A DNA stretch of 62,537 nucleotides, the filler included, from Chiloscyllium plagiosum (taxonomy: Eukaryota), in NCBI RefSeq assembly GCF_004010195.1. It is 5 parts of one record of this genome, joined end to end, with 100 filler letters (N's around TTAATTAATTAA, not from the genome) between each part and the next. Parts side by side here need not be neighbours in the genome. Positions count along the whole stretch, not along the records: positions 41,082 to 54,715 come from NC_057712.1; positions 54,816 to 62,537 come from NC_057712.1; 3 more parts are not named here. One strand, given 5' to 3'. This document shows, piece after piece, positions 49,391 through 62,359 of the stretch. Each line of letters begins with the position of its first letter. The first letter of the stretch is position 1. The notes beneath the pieces are model-generated. The model searched no databases and was not told the origin of the DNA. It was given only the letters and a program-made list of their open reading frames with translations. Both the position numbers and the translations under genes were made by a program.

Positions 49391-51384
49391 TTTGACAAAA
49401 AAGAGAAGCAAATAATTGTTTTAATTGCCTGAACATTTTAAGAGAGAATTTCAGAGCATTCAAAATATGTTGCCCTTGACACTTCTTCTGCCCATACTCT
49501 TTGGTTGGGACATTTTTACATGGTTAATGACTTGCCCTTCAATTAGCTTAAAATATTGAAATGTTGATTGATTTAAGAGCGTCAAAAATGAATCATTCAG
49601 CACTAAACATTTCTGACACTGGTTTCTTAGAACGGACCGATTTGTGATTCCACAGTAGCAAGGCAACTCTGAAATTCCAGGAGGCTGCATTGATACCATT
49701 AATGGACTCCCTCATTGTGGACATTTCTCTATCCCTTGGAATTTGAAACTGGGAGTCTAGTGGTTATAGCTTGTGCTGTTGCTTAGCTAGCAGTGGAGAA
49801 GACCTTAAAAAAATTCTCTTTAAGAACTGTAAGGATTTTGCACTGACTCACAGGAGCACCAAAAGTGAAGTGGAAGAATAGAGCATGGGTTCAAAATATT
49901 TGCAAGTTATTAGAGAATCTGTAAGTGAATATGCCCTTCATGCAAAGGTCAGGGAACAAGAAACTCCCTGGGAAACAAATTGGTATGAAGTGTGTCTCTC
50001 TTCTGGGTGTAAAATGTAGGTGCATTAGATAATTTGAAGTCAATCACCTTGCATGTGTTGGTCCCACAGCAAGATTCCATCTCATGTCCAAAAACAACAT
50101 AACTCTCATTGTGCATGCCTACTTCCTGAAACCAAATTAGGAACGTAGGAAAATCACAAGCAAAAATTAGATCAACTTGCTCGATACATCTCTTTCAGAA
50201 AGTGCTGCGTTCATTGCTGGCTTTGTTACCATATTTGACTTTCTTTTAGTAAGCTGTTAATTTATGATGTAAAAGTACAGGTAAACCCAATTTGGTAAAA
50301 TAAAACACTATCAAAGTTTACTCCCTCACATTGCAATAGAGTACAACTACTTTAAATCATTCATCTGATTAAAAATTGGCACTAAATTCTGTAGCTTTTC
50401 GGATGCTTTTTAATGACTGTTTAATGGAGTCTCATAAAAATACAAGTGCCATTGAAAACCTTAGAAATGTATTTTATTAGTGCTTTGCAGAAAAACATGT
50501 TAGTGTTAATCTATTTCTGTCAAACAAAGGGATAAGCCTTGATTCGAGATTGTGGTAAAAATAGATTAATACTGAAAAGCATGATATTAATTTGAACCAA
50601 TTCAAAATTTATCAGTCAAGTCCCAAATGGAATATACGTAATGGCCTGTCTGCATTACACAAGTGCATTAAAAACCCAAAGATTATAAGGCTCCAGTCCT
50701 TGGAAATCTAATGCAATACTTCCCAATCTCACCCCTTGTTTAGATTTTGTAGTTAAGCAGATGTTACAAGTTATTTAGTATGATTATAATGCATAGCTAA
50801 ACACTTTTCAATTAGAGTATTATTTAAAGTTTTCAATTAAAGTAAATCTACACATCTGTATTTGTTTGGAGTTTATTATTTAAAACTTTATTTTGGCTGC
50901 TCGACTTTCCTCTACATCAAGCGAAGATGAGCGTTGACAAAAAAACTTTGCTTATTTAAATAGTTTGAGATGTTTAGCTTGTTGCTGGTCAGCAGAAATG
51001 ATATCCTCTTCCCTAGTCAGTCAGGGTTTCATTGTGGTCAGAATATTTTGAAGCATAATACAAACCGACAGACAAACGTTCTGTGGGCAGCACATCCCTG
51101 CCAGTTCCAGTTATTCCTAAATTTGACTTAAGTCTTACCTTAGAGAGTTGTTAGCATCAGGTTCAAGTGATGCTATTCTGGGGACTGCAGCCAATCTCCA
51201 AAAAGAGGAGTTATGGAGGCTGGACTGAAGATCTGTGTATAAGTAGTGAGGTGTGTGGTGGGACACGATGAAGGGGATGTTGTGGGCAAAAGTTTAATGG
51301 GGCTATGACTGTGGGGTGTGCCTCCAATTGGCACAAGCCATTCCACAAAGAAGGGAAGGCATGATGAAATGTCACTACCAAAGT

Positions 51385-52110
51385 GAGCTCTGAGCACGAG
51401 TTCAAATCCCAGCAAGGTTACATTGAACTCAATTAATAAATTTGAACTTTTAAAAATCTAGTTAAATGTTAACCATAAAAATTTGGTCGATTGTCAGAAT
51501 AATAAAACAATCTTATTCACTCTTGTGTTTTAGAGAAGGAAAATCTGAATCCATACCTGATCTGGTGTTCATGTGACTCCAGACCCACAGCAATGACTCT
51601 TAAATGCATGTAAATGGCCGAGCAAGCAACTCAGTTACATTGACTCACTACAAATCTAATAAAAGGAATGAAAGAAGATGGACCACTCAGCACTGACCAA
51701 AGTGCTAAAAGGCCTATGCGACAGTGCCAAACGTTCAGGACAAGTTACCCAAGGAGTCATCATGAACCTCATGAGGCCTTATGGAATCAGACATGTCAAG
51801 AAATCTCATGTTGATCAATCAGGCAAAGACAAGCATTAGTTGGTAGTCAGTTATCCTCCATGTTGATCACTAATTGGGAGACACAATGAGGGTGTCAAGC
51901 ATTTACATGCAGAATGTACTCTGGTGGGAGATTTTAAAGTTCATAAAAGTGGTCCGCAGCATCACTACTGATCAAGCTGACTGAGTCCTAGAGTTCCATA
52001 GCTGCTTGAGTGAACTTGTGCCAGGTGCTGAGGGAATCAACAAGAGGGAAATACATACTTGACTTCATCCTCACCAATCTGCCTGCTATAGTCGCATCTG
52101 TCCAAGGCTA
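51385..52110 (+). mobile_element. Old SINE-like head followed by a LINE endonuclease remnant
   Basis: gagttcaaatccc box B and core like 28768-29305; then VLRESTRGKYILDFILTNLP. Confidence 0.55.
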
Positions 52111-54471
52111 TATCATTACTGTTATCTTTTCTTCAGCACAGAATGGACACCATTTTAAATCAGATTCTGACATGATGACCTACACTCAGAGGTGGCCTTT
52201 TTTCAAGGCAGCCTGAACTAAATGACCCTTCAAATGCTCCCACAGTGTTGCTCCATCAGAGATATTTATTTCAGTTCTCTACTTGTTTTGTTTCGTAAGC
52301 GTGGAAACCTATCTCCACATCTGGTCTTGACTCATATGTAGGAAAATAAAATTGCACAGCATTCTGCTAATGTACTCTGTTGTTTCTTCAAATCTAGATT
52401 TTCATGATGTTACGTTTGTACTTCAGACATAAACTGCATCAATTACGTCAAAAGACTTTTGTTTATGATACCATTTCCAAATGACTCTTAACAGAAGAAA
52501 CAAGGAATGTGAACACCATGTTTTTGTTTTCCATTTCTCAAATGAGTGGCAAATTACATAACAGGAACTCTGAAGTAACTCTGAAGCCATCAATTAGGAG
52601 TGTGATTTCATAAAATTATCTCTTCATATATGTTTCATCAGTGACAATTAATTAAAGAAACTATCTCACAATAACCTTGAAAATATTTCTTTGGATTCAA
52701 ATTAACCTTCAGTTAAAAGGTATTTCCTATTTCAAGCAATCTCAAGATGCACAGGTCAGGGTAATGTAATAAAACCCAGCCCTCCTGAAAAACAAGCTCT
52801 TTCCCAGTGTCATTAGAAGATAGACTTTGCAAAAGGAATTTTAAAATAATGATCCAATCACAACTTTTTGCTTGTGTATCTTATGGTTTTATGGTCTTAT
52901 TCTCATACAACAAAGGTGGTTAGAATTTTGTTCAAGAAAGCTCCCAAACCTTGCAACTTTCAGAAGGACTCTGGTCAGGGTCAACTGTACAATTGGGAAT
53001 TGGTCTCTATTATGCACTGCTATTGCTGATAATATATTTAATATTCAATATGAAAGGAAAATAGCAATAATTTTGCATTGCTAGTTCTCTAAAACAAAGG
53101 ACGAACTGCAAATTGTAATGTATGAACTCATGCCCTTTCTGTAAATGTTAGACAATGAATTTTTTGGACATATCATTTTTATAATTTGTGGGACCTTGAC
53201 CTTGATAACTTTCAGGACACCTCAGGCAAAGAATTAGTTTATGAAATACTTGCTGGCTTCTGTTACCATGAGGTTTGTACTTCGGGGTTGCATTCAATTT
53301 TAATGAGATAGCTATCTTAGGTTGTTCTGGTACTTTATGGTCTCTAATAGTTTTCCCTTGCCAATAAGTGACTGTTGTTTGCCTGAATTAGGTTCTGCCA
53401 ACTTTTATTTACAACAGTGTACATAATACTGTTCTCTGTGATTACAATTTTCACTAGTAGACACTATTGTATCTTTTCTTCACAGTCTGTATGCATTTGC
53501 TTGCCTCTGTCACTGTGACATCATGATATAATTATGTCATCTCATCTTCATATCCATCCACATGAGGTTACAGTTGATATAAAAGTCCATGTGCTAGTTC
53601 TGCTATTGAGTTTCCTGATTTGCTTTGAGGTCAGAAGATTGGATCCGGAGTTTCAGGAGCAACTGGATGTATTGTGAAAAATGAAAATTGAGGGCAGAAA
53701 ATGTGGAAAGTAACTGACCATGAACTTTCTGAGATCTTAAATACTGAATGTTATCTGCAAACAGAACATTGACAGAGTTCAGACCCTTCGATCAGTCAGG
53801 GATTGATGAGGAGTGGAGGGTTTGTCGAGATATGCTGGAGCAATGAGCCGTATTCCATTTTCAATCTCTGAAAGAAGAAATGGCATAAAGCTAATAGGAA
53901 AATGTATGACATGCTATTCTCTGAACTGTAAACTGATCAGAAACTTAGCCATCTTGTAGGAACCATTATCATGGGTATCTTGATAGAAAATGATACATTA
54001 GGAAGCATGGCAAATTACAAACAACTCTGAGGAAACAATATTCATGAATCAATTAGACAATCCATGATCAGGCTTCCTGTGGTGTGGGCGGGTGAGGGGT
54101 TAGTGGTGGCGTTTGGGGTTGGGGCATGTAACCAGAAGTCATTCAGATGTAAAGATAGGATTTCACACAAAATAATTCTTTCGGGAACAATACTCAGGTA
54201 ATTTGTAAAATTATTTGTGGCGATTGTAATATTCTTGAGCGACAGGTAACATTATACTGACTATCAATCTGTACCTTTCGAAGGCTATGTTGGAAAACTT
54301 GGGCAGGAGGCACAAATTCAGTTTCCCAAAACATTTTCTCTTGCATTCTCAGAACAACTCAGGCATTCCCGACACGCCTGATCAGGAAACTATTTGGTAA
54401 CCATTAGCACGTCATGAATACCCATTAACGTACACCCTATTGGAATTGAATTGGGGAATACTCTTGTTAGG

Positions 54472-54715
54472 GGAGAAAGTGAGGGCTGCAGATGCTGGAG
54501 ATCAGAGCTGAAAATATGTTGCTGGAAAAGCGCAGCAGGTCAGGCAGCATCCAAGGAACAGGAGAATTGACGTTTCGGGCATAAGCCCTTCTTCAGGAAT
54601 GAGGAAAGTGTGTCCAGCAGGCTAAGATAAAAGGTAAGGAGGAGGGACTTGTGGGAGGGGCTTTGGAAATGCAGTAGGTGGAGGGAGGTCAAGGTGAGGG
54701 TGATAGGCCAGAGTG
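54472..54715 (-). mobile_element. Penelope-like terminus abutting a gap
   Basis: ggagaaagtgagggctgcagatgctggagatcagag..; best-preserved hammerhead-like core. Confidence 0.85.
54565..54600 (-). ncRNA. Minimal type I hammerhead ribozyme motif (Penelope-associated)
   Basis: Minus strand ATTC-CTGAAGA-A-GGGC-TTAT-GCCC-GAAA-CGTC-AATT: CUGANGA box, 4-bp stem II, GAAA box, palindromic ACGU stem III, GUC cleavage triplet. Confidence 0.7.
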
Positions 54716-54815
54716 NNNNNNNNNNNNNNNNNNNNNNNNNNNNNNNNNNNNNNNNNNNNTTAATTAATTAANNNNNNNNNNNNNNNNNNNNNNNNNNNNN
54801 NNNNNNNNNNNNNNN

Positions 54816-55535
54816 GAACCTTATACACCCGATCAGAGACGTCCCGGACCCTGGCACCAAGGAGGCAACATACCTTCCGGGAATCCCGATCCTGACCACA
54901 AAATCTCCTGTCGATTCCCCTAACTATCGAGTCCCCTACCACGAGTACTTTTTTATTCTGCCCCCTTCCCTTCTTTGCCACAGTGTCAGGCTCAGTGCCA
55001 GAGAACTGACTGCTATGGCTTTCCTCTGGTAGGTCGTCCCCCCCAGCAGTATCCAAAACGGTATACTTATTGCTGAGGGGAATGTCCACAGGGGATCTCG
55101 GCACTGTCTGTCTGTCCCCTTTCCTCCCCCTAACTGTAACCCATCTATCCTTGTCCTGAGACTTAGGAGTGACCAACTCCCGGTAACTCCTCTCAATTAC
55201 CCCCTCAGCCTCCCGAATGATCCGTAGTTCATCAAGCTCCAGCTCCAATTCCCTAACACGGTTTTCAAGGAGCTGGAGTTGGGTGCACTTCCCGCAGATG
55301 TAGCCAGCGGAGACTTGTGCCATATCTCCCACCTGCCACATTCTGCAGGAGGAGCAAGCAACTGCCCTAGCATCCATACCCAACTTATCTGAACACGCAC
55401 TCAGTACTAAAGTAGAAAGCTTAGTTCAAGTTGCTATAAAAATTAATAACAAACTTATATCCAATAGAGGAAGTTTAGCATGAACGTTACCTTATTAACT
55501 GGGTTCGAGGAGGAGGGTGAGTGGGAGACTCTACA
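54816..55535 (-). mobile_element. Young CR1 5' end with uninterrupted ORF1 up to the gap
   Basis: MDARAVACSSCRMW..CGKC..LELELDEL..VLVVGDSIVRGIDRRFCG, no stops from 55377 to 54816. Confidence 0.93.
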
Positions 55536-57235
55536 GTTTAATTTACCAGTCCTACCTTGTTCTCTGCTTTGTCCCTGCCTGCCCTGACTGTTTGAGTTGC
55601 TTCTATTCTCAACAATTACAGTCTCAGATTGATCTCTTTCCCCAGTGTCTCCCTGGATCCCATCCTCCCCCCTTCCTCCCACCCCCCCACCGCGCCAACC
55701 CCCACCCCCACCCCCCACAAACGCCAACAAATTTAAATCCTCCCGAGCTGCTCTAGCAAATCTCCCTGCCAGTATATTAGTCCCCATCCAATTCAGGTGC
55801 AATCCATCCTTCTCGTATAGGTCACTTCTATCCCAGAAGAGATTCAATGATCCAAAAAATGTGAATCCTTCTCCATACACCAGCTCTTCAGCCACACATT
55901 AATCTGCTATATCCTCCTATTCCTACCCTCACGAGGTCGTAGCATCAGAAGTAATCGAGATGTTACTATCCTCGAGGACATCCTTTTTAAATTCCTGTCT
56001 AACTTTCTATATTCTCCCTTCAGAATCTCATCCTTTTTTCCCTTCCTATGTCGTACAATTAACTCCTGCTGGACCCTCTCCCCTTTAAAAACATTCTGCA
56101 ATGTCTCTGAGACATCCTTGATCCTGGCACCAGGGAGGCAACACACCATTCTGATTTTTCACTGCTGGCTGTAGAAATGTTTGCCTGTTCCCCATAGAGA
56201 ATCCCCATACACAACCAATTGCTTGGAACCCAATGTATCCCTCATTACATTAGAGCCAGGCTTAATACCAGAAACTTGGCTGTTCGTGCTACATCTGCCT
56301 GAAAGTCCATCACTCCCTGCATTTTCCAAAACAGCATACTTGTTTGAAATGAGGATAGCCACAGAAGACTCCTGCACTACCTGCCTACCCCTCCTACCTT
56401 TCTTGGAGTTAACTCATCGATGTGACTGTACCTGCGGCTTTTCTCCCTTCCTGTAACTGCCATCCATCACACCCCCTTGCTCTTGTAAATTCCTCATTGC
56501 CTCTAACTGTTGCTCCATTCATTCGATCTGACAGAATTCACAACCAATGCCATTTGCTGCAAATATAATCCTCAGTAACCTTAAACTCTCCTGAAACTCC
56601 TATGTCTGACAAGAAGAACATATCACTCTGCTAAAGGCCATTTTGCTCCTTCTAATCTACAGACCCAGAAAATAGCACCGTCTTTTGTTCTACAAACACT
56701 GCTCCAGGCTAACTTAATACTTATGGCGTATATTTTTAAAATTTAATGAAGAGACAGGTCCCAATAAAAACGTATCATCAAGAAAGAACCCAGTCTACTC
56801 TTTATTGTCGACTTACAGCAAGTCTATGCTTAAAACTACTTACGTATCTGCTTCTGTGTTGTGACCTCTCCCAAACAGGTTTCTCCAAGATCAGTTGTGA
56901 ATTGCACTGTTTAAGTTTTCCTCAACACACTCCTCTGTCCAGCGATACATGAATTCAAACAGCAAAGGCAGTAACTGCATAGATTCACTGCTGTTCAGTT
57001 CGCAGCGTGGGTTTCTTTCTCTCTCTCCCTTACAGACCATGTGCTTGCTGCCTTTGTCTGTCTTTTACCCTTCTAAAAGTGCTGTTGGTTTGACTTTATT
57101 TTCCAAAGTTACAAAGCAATTACAACAGCATATAAAACAGTAATTGCTGCTCCTGGAATTCAAGGAAATCGCCTCTAACACCTAAAATACCTCAAAAAAA
57201 GGAGCAGCCTGTTACAGCCAGAATTTTTTTCTGTC
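55536..57235 (-). mobile_element. Older CR1 5' portion (5' UTR and degraded ORF1 esterase)
   Basis: ATG at 56641 (MAFSRVICSSC), ISNKYAVLE, VYGDS, MVCCLPGARIKDV, KDGLHLN (block V DxxH). 5' UTR boundary is approximate. Confidence 0.85.
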
Positions 57236-58269
57236 AATGTCTTTTTATTCTGGGTAGTTAGTTTCCAGTTGAAGCTTCAATTAATATTTGTAAGGCTTTA
57301 TCAGCAGACATTTAATGATCAGATTGACTGATTTGACAAATTCAACTTAACTCAACTTGAACATTTAACTCATTTAACCAAAAAAATGAGACGTCACTGG
57401 ATGGTGGAGAGGAATGGACAGGACATAGGCATTTAACTAAGGACTAAAATACAACAACTTGACTAAAGATTGCTATTTTAATAAAATTTAAAGGAAGCCT
57501 TTTGTAGAGGTTGCTTGAGTAATAAAAATGGCTGGCAAGGTCTAGTGAAACATAATAAATGTGAGGGAATGAAAATTAGCCCATGGTCAATTATCAGAGG
57601 AGCACACAGTCCAGTTCCTCAGTCAATGGCTGTCAAAATCATGATGCTAAATAATGTGATAGTGCCAGGTATACGATATGGCAAATCTTATTTGCTGATG
57701 TCCCTTCATCTGAACTCTTCTGGCTAGAATACACTGAATTGGTTCCCCAGAGTGATTATCAGCTAAGTGCACATCTGCCTAAATATATTGGGTGGAACAG
57801 GACAGATTGGAAGTGGTCAGATTCTGTCCATCCCTCGATAAGCCTCACGCACCAAGCATCCTTGCTGTCTTCTCTAAAAAACAAGAATAAAATGGAATAT
57901 GCTTTGAAACACCTACCACCCCAGCACTAAGAATGTTCCAAAAAGATTGATGTGCCAAAACATAAAGGTTCCAAAATTGTGCTCCATTGCAGACACATTT
58001 GTGATTTCAAATTGGTTTGAGCATATTTTCAGTATAATCCATATCCAGCATCCTTTGGTGTGAATCTTCGCAGAGGTTTTAGGAGTATGTAGCAGATGTA
58101 TGTTAATGAAACCTTGTTATCATTGGTAACACCCTTGCTTAATCTCACAAAATGGGATATGGATCCAGCAATAGGAAGAACAGCCCTCCTTCTAATCCCA
58201 TCAGGATTATTTATAGGGATCTTCTGCCACTTTCAGACTAAAGCCTATAGGTTGTCAAGGAAGGCAATT

Positions 58270-58487
58270 CATCGAGAGTGTGGTGCTGGAAAAGCACAGC
58301 AGGTCAGGCAGCATCTAAGGAGCAGGAGAATCGACATTTTCAGGCATAAGCCCTTCATTAGGTATGCCTATTGGGCATAAGCCCTTCAGAAGCCCTTCTC
58401 CTGGTCCTTAGATGTTGCCTGACTTGCTGTGCTTTTCTAGCACCACACTCTCGACTCTGATCTCCAGCATCTGCAGTCCTCACCTTC
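58270..58487. mobile_element. Fold-back Penelope-derived element with 15-bp TSD
   Basis: Arms ~58272-58330 / ~58396-58454; TCAAGGAAGGCAATT at 58255-58269 and 58488-58502. Confidence 0.85.
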
Positions 58488-58639
58488 TCAAGGAAGGCAA
58501 TTAGACTGAGACATTGAGTCTGTGACCCACTTTGTGAAGTTCAGCCCCTGTTTCTTTCAATCTTTATCCAAATAGCATGTACACAATGACATTGAAAATG
58601 TCTGCCTTCACACCAGGAGTAGGCAGATTCAGCATTTCA

Positions 58640-59200
58640 TTCTGTGACAAAAAGGGCTCAATTTTTGTGCAATGTGAGGTCCTTCAAAGGGCAGTAGCAT
58701 TAAATAGACATTATACAGTAAGGATGAAAACCTGTGATCACAAAATGTTGTCTGTGAATCTTATGTATTGGGCTACAATGTGGCCTCAAAATCCTGGTCC
58801 CAAGCATCCTTGTCCACATCATGCAACATTGTGGTTCAAACCCACTAAGGGCTGTGATGCACAAGAAATCTATTGCAGTCTGGAAATACTCCTGTGAGTT
58901 GCCAAAATAGCAATCACCGTCCAAGGTTCCATAGCTTGTAAATAATACAGGAGTTGTTCACCTCACAGGAGTTTTCACCCCTGCCACTTATGCATCCTCA
59001 GAGGATCTTTTTCTCTTTTCTGCTACATCTGATGCAGTCCCAGGCTACACCATTGTGGTAGATGGAGCGTGTCCTATTGTGGAGTCTGATGGTCTTGGAA
59101 TTTTCAGTCGGTTGACCTCCAAGGACCTTTGTGAGGGTAGGGCTCAGACATGCTGAGTGTGTGCTTCCCAGAGGCGGTTCATCCTCCTCAGCTTGGACAC
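58640..59200 (-). mobile_element. Possible highly decayed Harbinger transposase
   Basis: Weak resemblance only: PYPH..LHL near 59040-59150 and CYFGNSQEYFQTAIDFLCIT versus LNFFASGSFQxxxGDLCGIS. Confidence 0.3.
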
Positions 59201-60544
59201 CCACAGGGTTGGGATGGCAGGCAGGATGTAAGTGGAAGGCATGACTACCTCTGGAGTGCCCTGAGTGAAAACTTCTGGGCAAGTTGTATGTGTCTCTTCC
59301 TCCAGCTGAGTGCCTACAAACACTACTCTGTCTCCTTGTGTGGAAGGAGCACCTGGTGTGAGGTTCAGGTCCCTTGCCCCATGTCACTTCGCAGTTGGTA
59401 CTGAGCATCAATAAGTGTCGAGATGGAGATGTATATCCTCATAGTGCAAGAGGATCTCAACAGGTCTCACAACATCCGCGGAGAGAGAAAAATGGTGTTA
59501 TCATTATGAGCCTTTAATTCTGTTTCTCTGTCACTTTTATTTCTTACTGTTTAGTGGCTTGCATGCCCAGTTGGGTAAGCCCAGAATGGGGAGAGAGAGA
59601 CATCATGTAGAAAGCTTCCAGCGTGGAGCAACAGCAGGCTATAGAAGAACTGTAATGCCTATCTTTAAACTTTATTTCTTTATTTTCCTAATTTGTACTT
59701 TGAAGAACTGTAATGTAGAACTTTTAGCTTTTTTTCTTTATTTCTCTCCTTTTGTTCATACTTAAGGTTTGTAACTAGATACAAGTGCATGGCGACATTG
59801 TACACTCTTCACTGTATTCCTGTAATTTTGTACTTGAGTACAGGTGACAATAAAACTTAACTTTAATTATAATTCTGTCTTTATTTGTGATTTCCAGCAC
59901 CTGCTTTGTTTTACTGAGAGTGCTGGACCTGGCTCTCCATGGGAGCCACCCAACCTGCCCATGGAGGCAGCCAGCCTCTTCCATGCCAGAAGGAGCAGGA
60001 TCCCAAGATGGTGCCAATATCTCCTCTGAGATGTACAGCCACCATCAGGAGGTTCTGCTCACAGTGACCAGTCATTGAAGCACTGACTTCTGATTCCTGA
60101 AGTTGCTGTTGTGCATCGATCTCGGAGATCTGCATTTAACAGGAAAAGAGGAAATTAGCGGGAATATCAGTTGGTATACTCCTCCAAACTTCAAGTCAAA
60201 GGACAGTAGTGAACCAGATGGGGTTTTAGATTCATCAACACAATACTTACAGTGTCACCATGTGGCTAGCTTTCATTCCAGATTTTTACTGAATTTAAAT
60301 ATCACCATTTGTCATTTTGGGATTCAAACCTATGACAGCAGAATATTAACCTGGTGTTCAGGATTACAACTTTAATGATATTATCATGATATCACCATTG
60401 AGAGAGATGAGAGCTGCTATCACAGCTGTTAATGTTGGTGCCATCAGGGGAAGCTGGTGAGGTGGCCTGAACGTGTGAGTAGGTTGTGATGTGTGAGGTT
60501 GGGGAGGGCCACAGCAAGTGAGAGAGGTAGACTATGAGCCTTTA

Positions 60545-60932
60545 TGGTGTACCTCTGAGCCAGTTCTGTATCTAAATGGCTGGTATTCCCTGTATTCCAT
60601 GAGATCTAACTTGCTAATCAGTCTCCCATGAGGAACCTTGTCGAACACCTTACTGAAGTCCATACAGATCACATGTACCGCTCTGTCCTCATCAATTCTC
60701 TTTGTTACTTCCTCAAAAAACTCAATCAAGTTTGTGAGACATGATTTCCCACGCACAAAACAATGTTGACTATTCCTAATCAGTCCTTGCCTTTCCAAAT
60801 ACACGTACATCCTGTCCCTCAGGATTCCCTCCAACAACTTGCCCACCATCGACGTCAGGCTCACTGGTCTATAGTTCCCTGGCTTGTCTTTACCACCCTT
60901 CTTAAACAGTGGCACCACATTAGCCAACCTCC
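60545..60932 (-). mobile_element. Internal CR1 RT fragment
   Basis: ANVVPLFKKGGKDKPGNYRPVSLTS..GKSCLTNL..MDFSKVFDKVPH. Confidence 0.93.
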
Positions 60933-62359
60933 GGGACTTCGTACTTTTTGTAAATGCCCTGCCATAACATTTTTAAGTTACCTGGGTGATACTTTTCTGC
61001 TTTTATTTTCTCCCTCCCTTTTTGATTAAAGAAGTTTCATCCAAAATGTGGTTGGATATATCATTTGAAGATGAAGTCTTTAATCTGGAATGTCCGTACA
61101 GTTGTTAAATTTCTTGAAGCACTGCATCCATATTCTTGCACTCCCATTTCCTTCTAAATTCTTCTCTGGAGAGCGTCTTGATTCCTTATGGATAAAATAC
61201 ATTTCTATTCCTATTCCCACCCTACATCCTACAGGGCTCTAAGAAGCGCATCAGAAAATTGGGGACCTTGGTTCATGCCATATTGTGCTACGTTTACACC
61301 TCCTGTAGGTCAGGCACTCTCCCACGATGGCCTTTCATACCCACTGCAGTCAGAATTCACCCAGTTTTAAGGGGTGCAGGGTGGCTTTAAGTGACACAGG
61401 TTTAAAGAGTTGCTAGCCTCATATAAAAAAGTTGAATGAAAAGAGCAAAGCAACAAAATGAAAATCACAATCAGAAATGACTCATAAAATAAGCTTGATG
61501 ATTCTCTCGCAAATCTTACAATGGAGCTTTTTACATCCCTGGATATTCATTTTATAGTGGATAAATCCCTGACTACTTTTATAGTGTGCACACTGCCATA
61601 TTGTATGGAGTCTAAAATATGCCATCACGACCTCAGTTTAACATGACTGCTATTAAAAAAGGTCCAAAGTTCATGTTTCAATAAATGGATTGAAATCCGG
61701 TATAATAGATATTTTACATTTTTTGACTTCTTGAACCCACCCATTCTGTAATTATCAGAAACAAACAATTGAAACTTCTGTCCTATTTTTATATAGAATT
61801 ATACCAAATATGTTGTAATGAGAACTTCTTTGAAAACAGCATTATACATAATTAAGAATTCACTGGACATGGAGACTGAAAATGATTTATTATACATGGT
61901 CACCGTACTCATACATTCACTGGCACACTTAATGGGATGAATAGGAAATATTTAGCCTGTTGAAAAATCTGGTTCATGTCTGTAATTATCATCCTAACAT
62001 TACAGGATTTGGTACTTCAAATGGGTGTAAGTCACACAATTATCTGTTTACTGTTACTCGGACTCAAATCTAGTAATGTAATGGTATCATCAAATAAATT
62101 AACCAGTAACCTGAACAAAGTTATTATAATTACAGAATACTCATAGAAAGCTCTTAAGTAGCAATATAGTATGCTATGAAAGAGCATAATTAGATTTTTT
62201 TACATGGAAGTCAGAGAAAGATGGCACATCAAAAGCTAGAGTAGATCATTTGGCCCCTTGAGGCTTCTCCACCATTCTTTAGGATTATGACTGATCTGGT
62301 TGTGGTCTCCACTCAATTTTTTTGTCTGTGTCTGGAATTCTTGACCTCTGTGTGTATTA

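Noticed and set aside
51139..51232. 94-nt minus-strand exon-like segment (cacag ... AAG|gtaaga)
   Set aside because: One open frame but no recognisable protein and no partner exons; splice signals alone are insufficient.
55645..55720. Poly-Pro/poly-Gly ORFs and G-quadruplex-like tract
   Set aside because: C-run expansion in the ORF1-ORF2 spacer region of a dead CR1.
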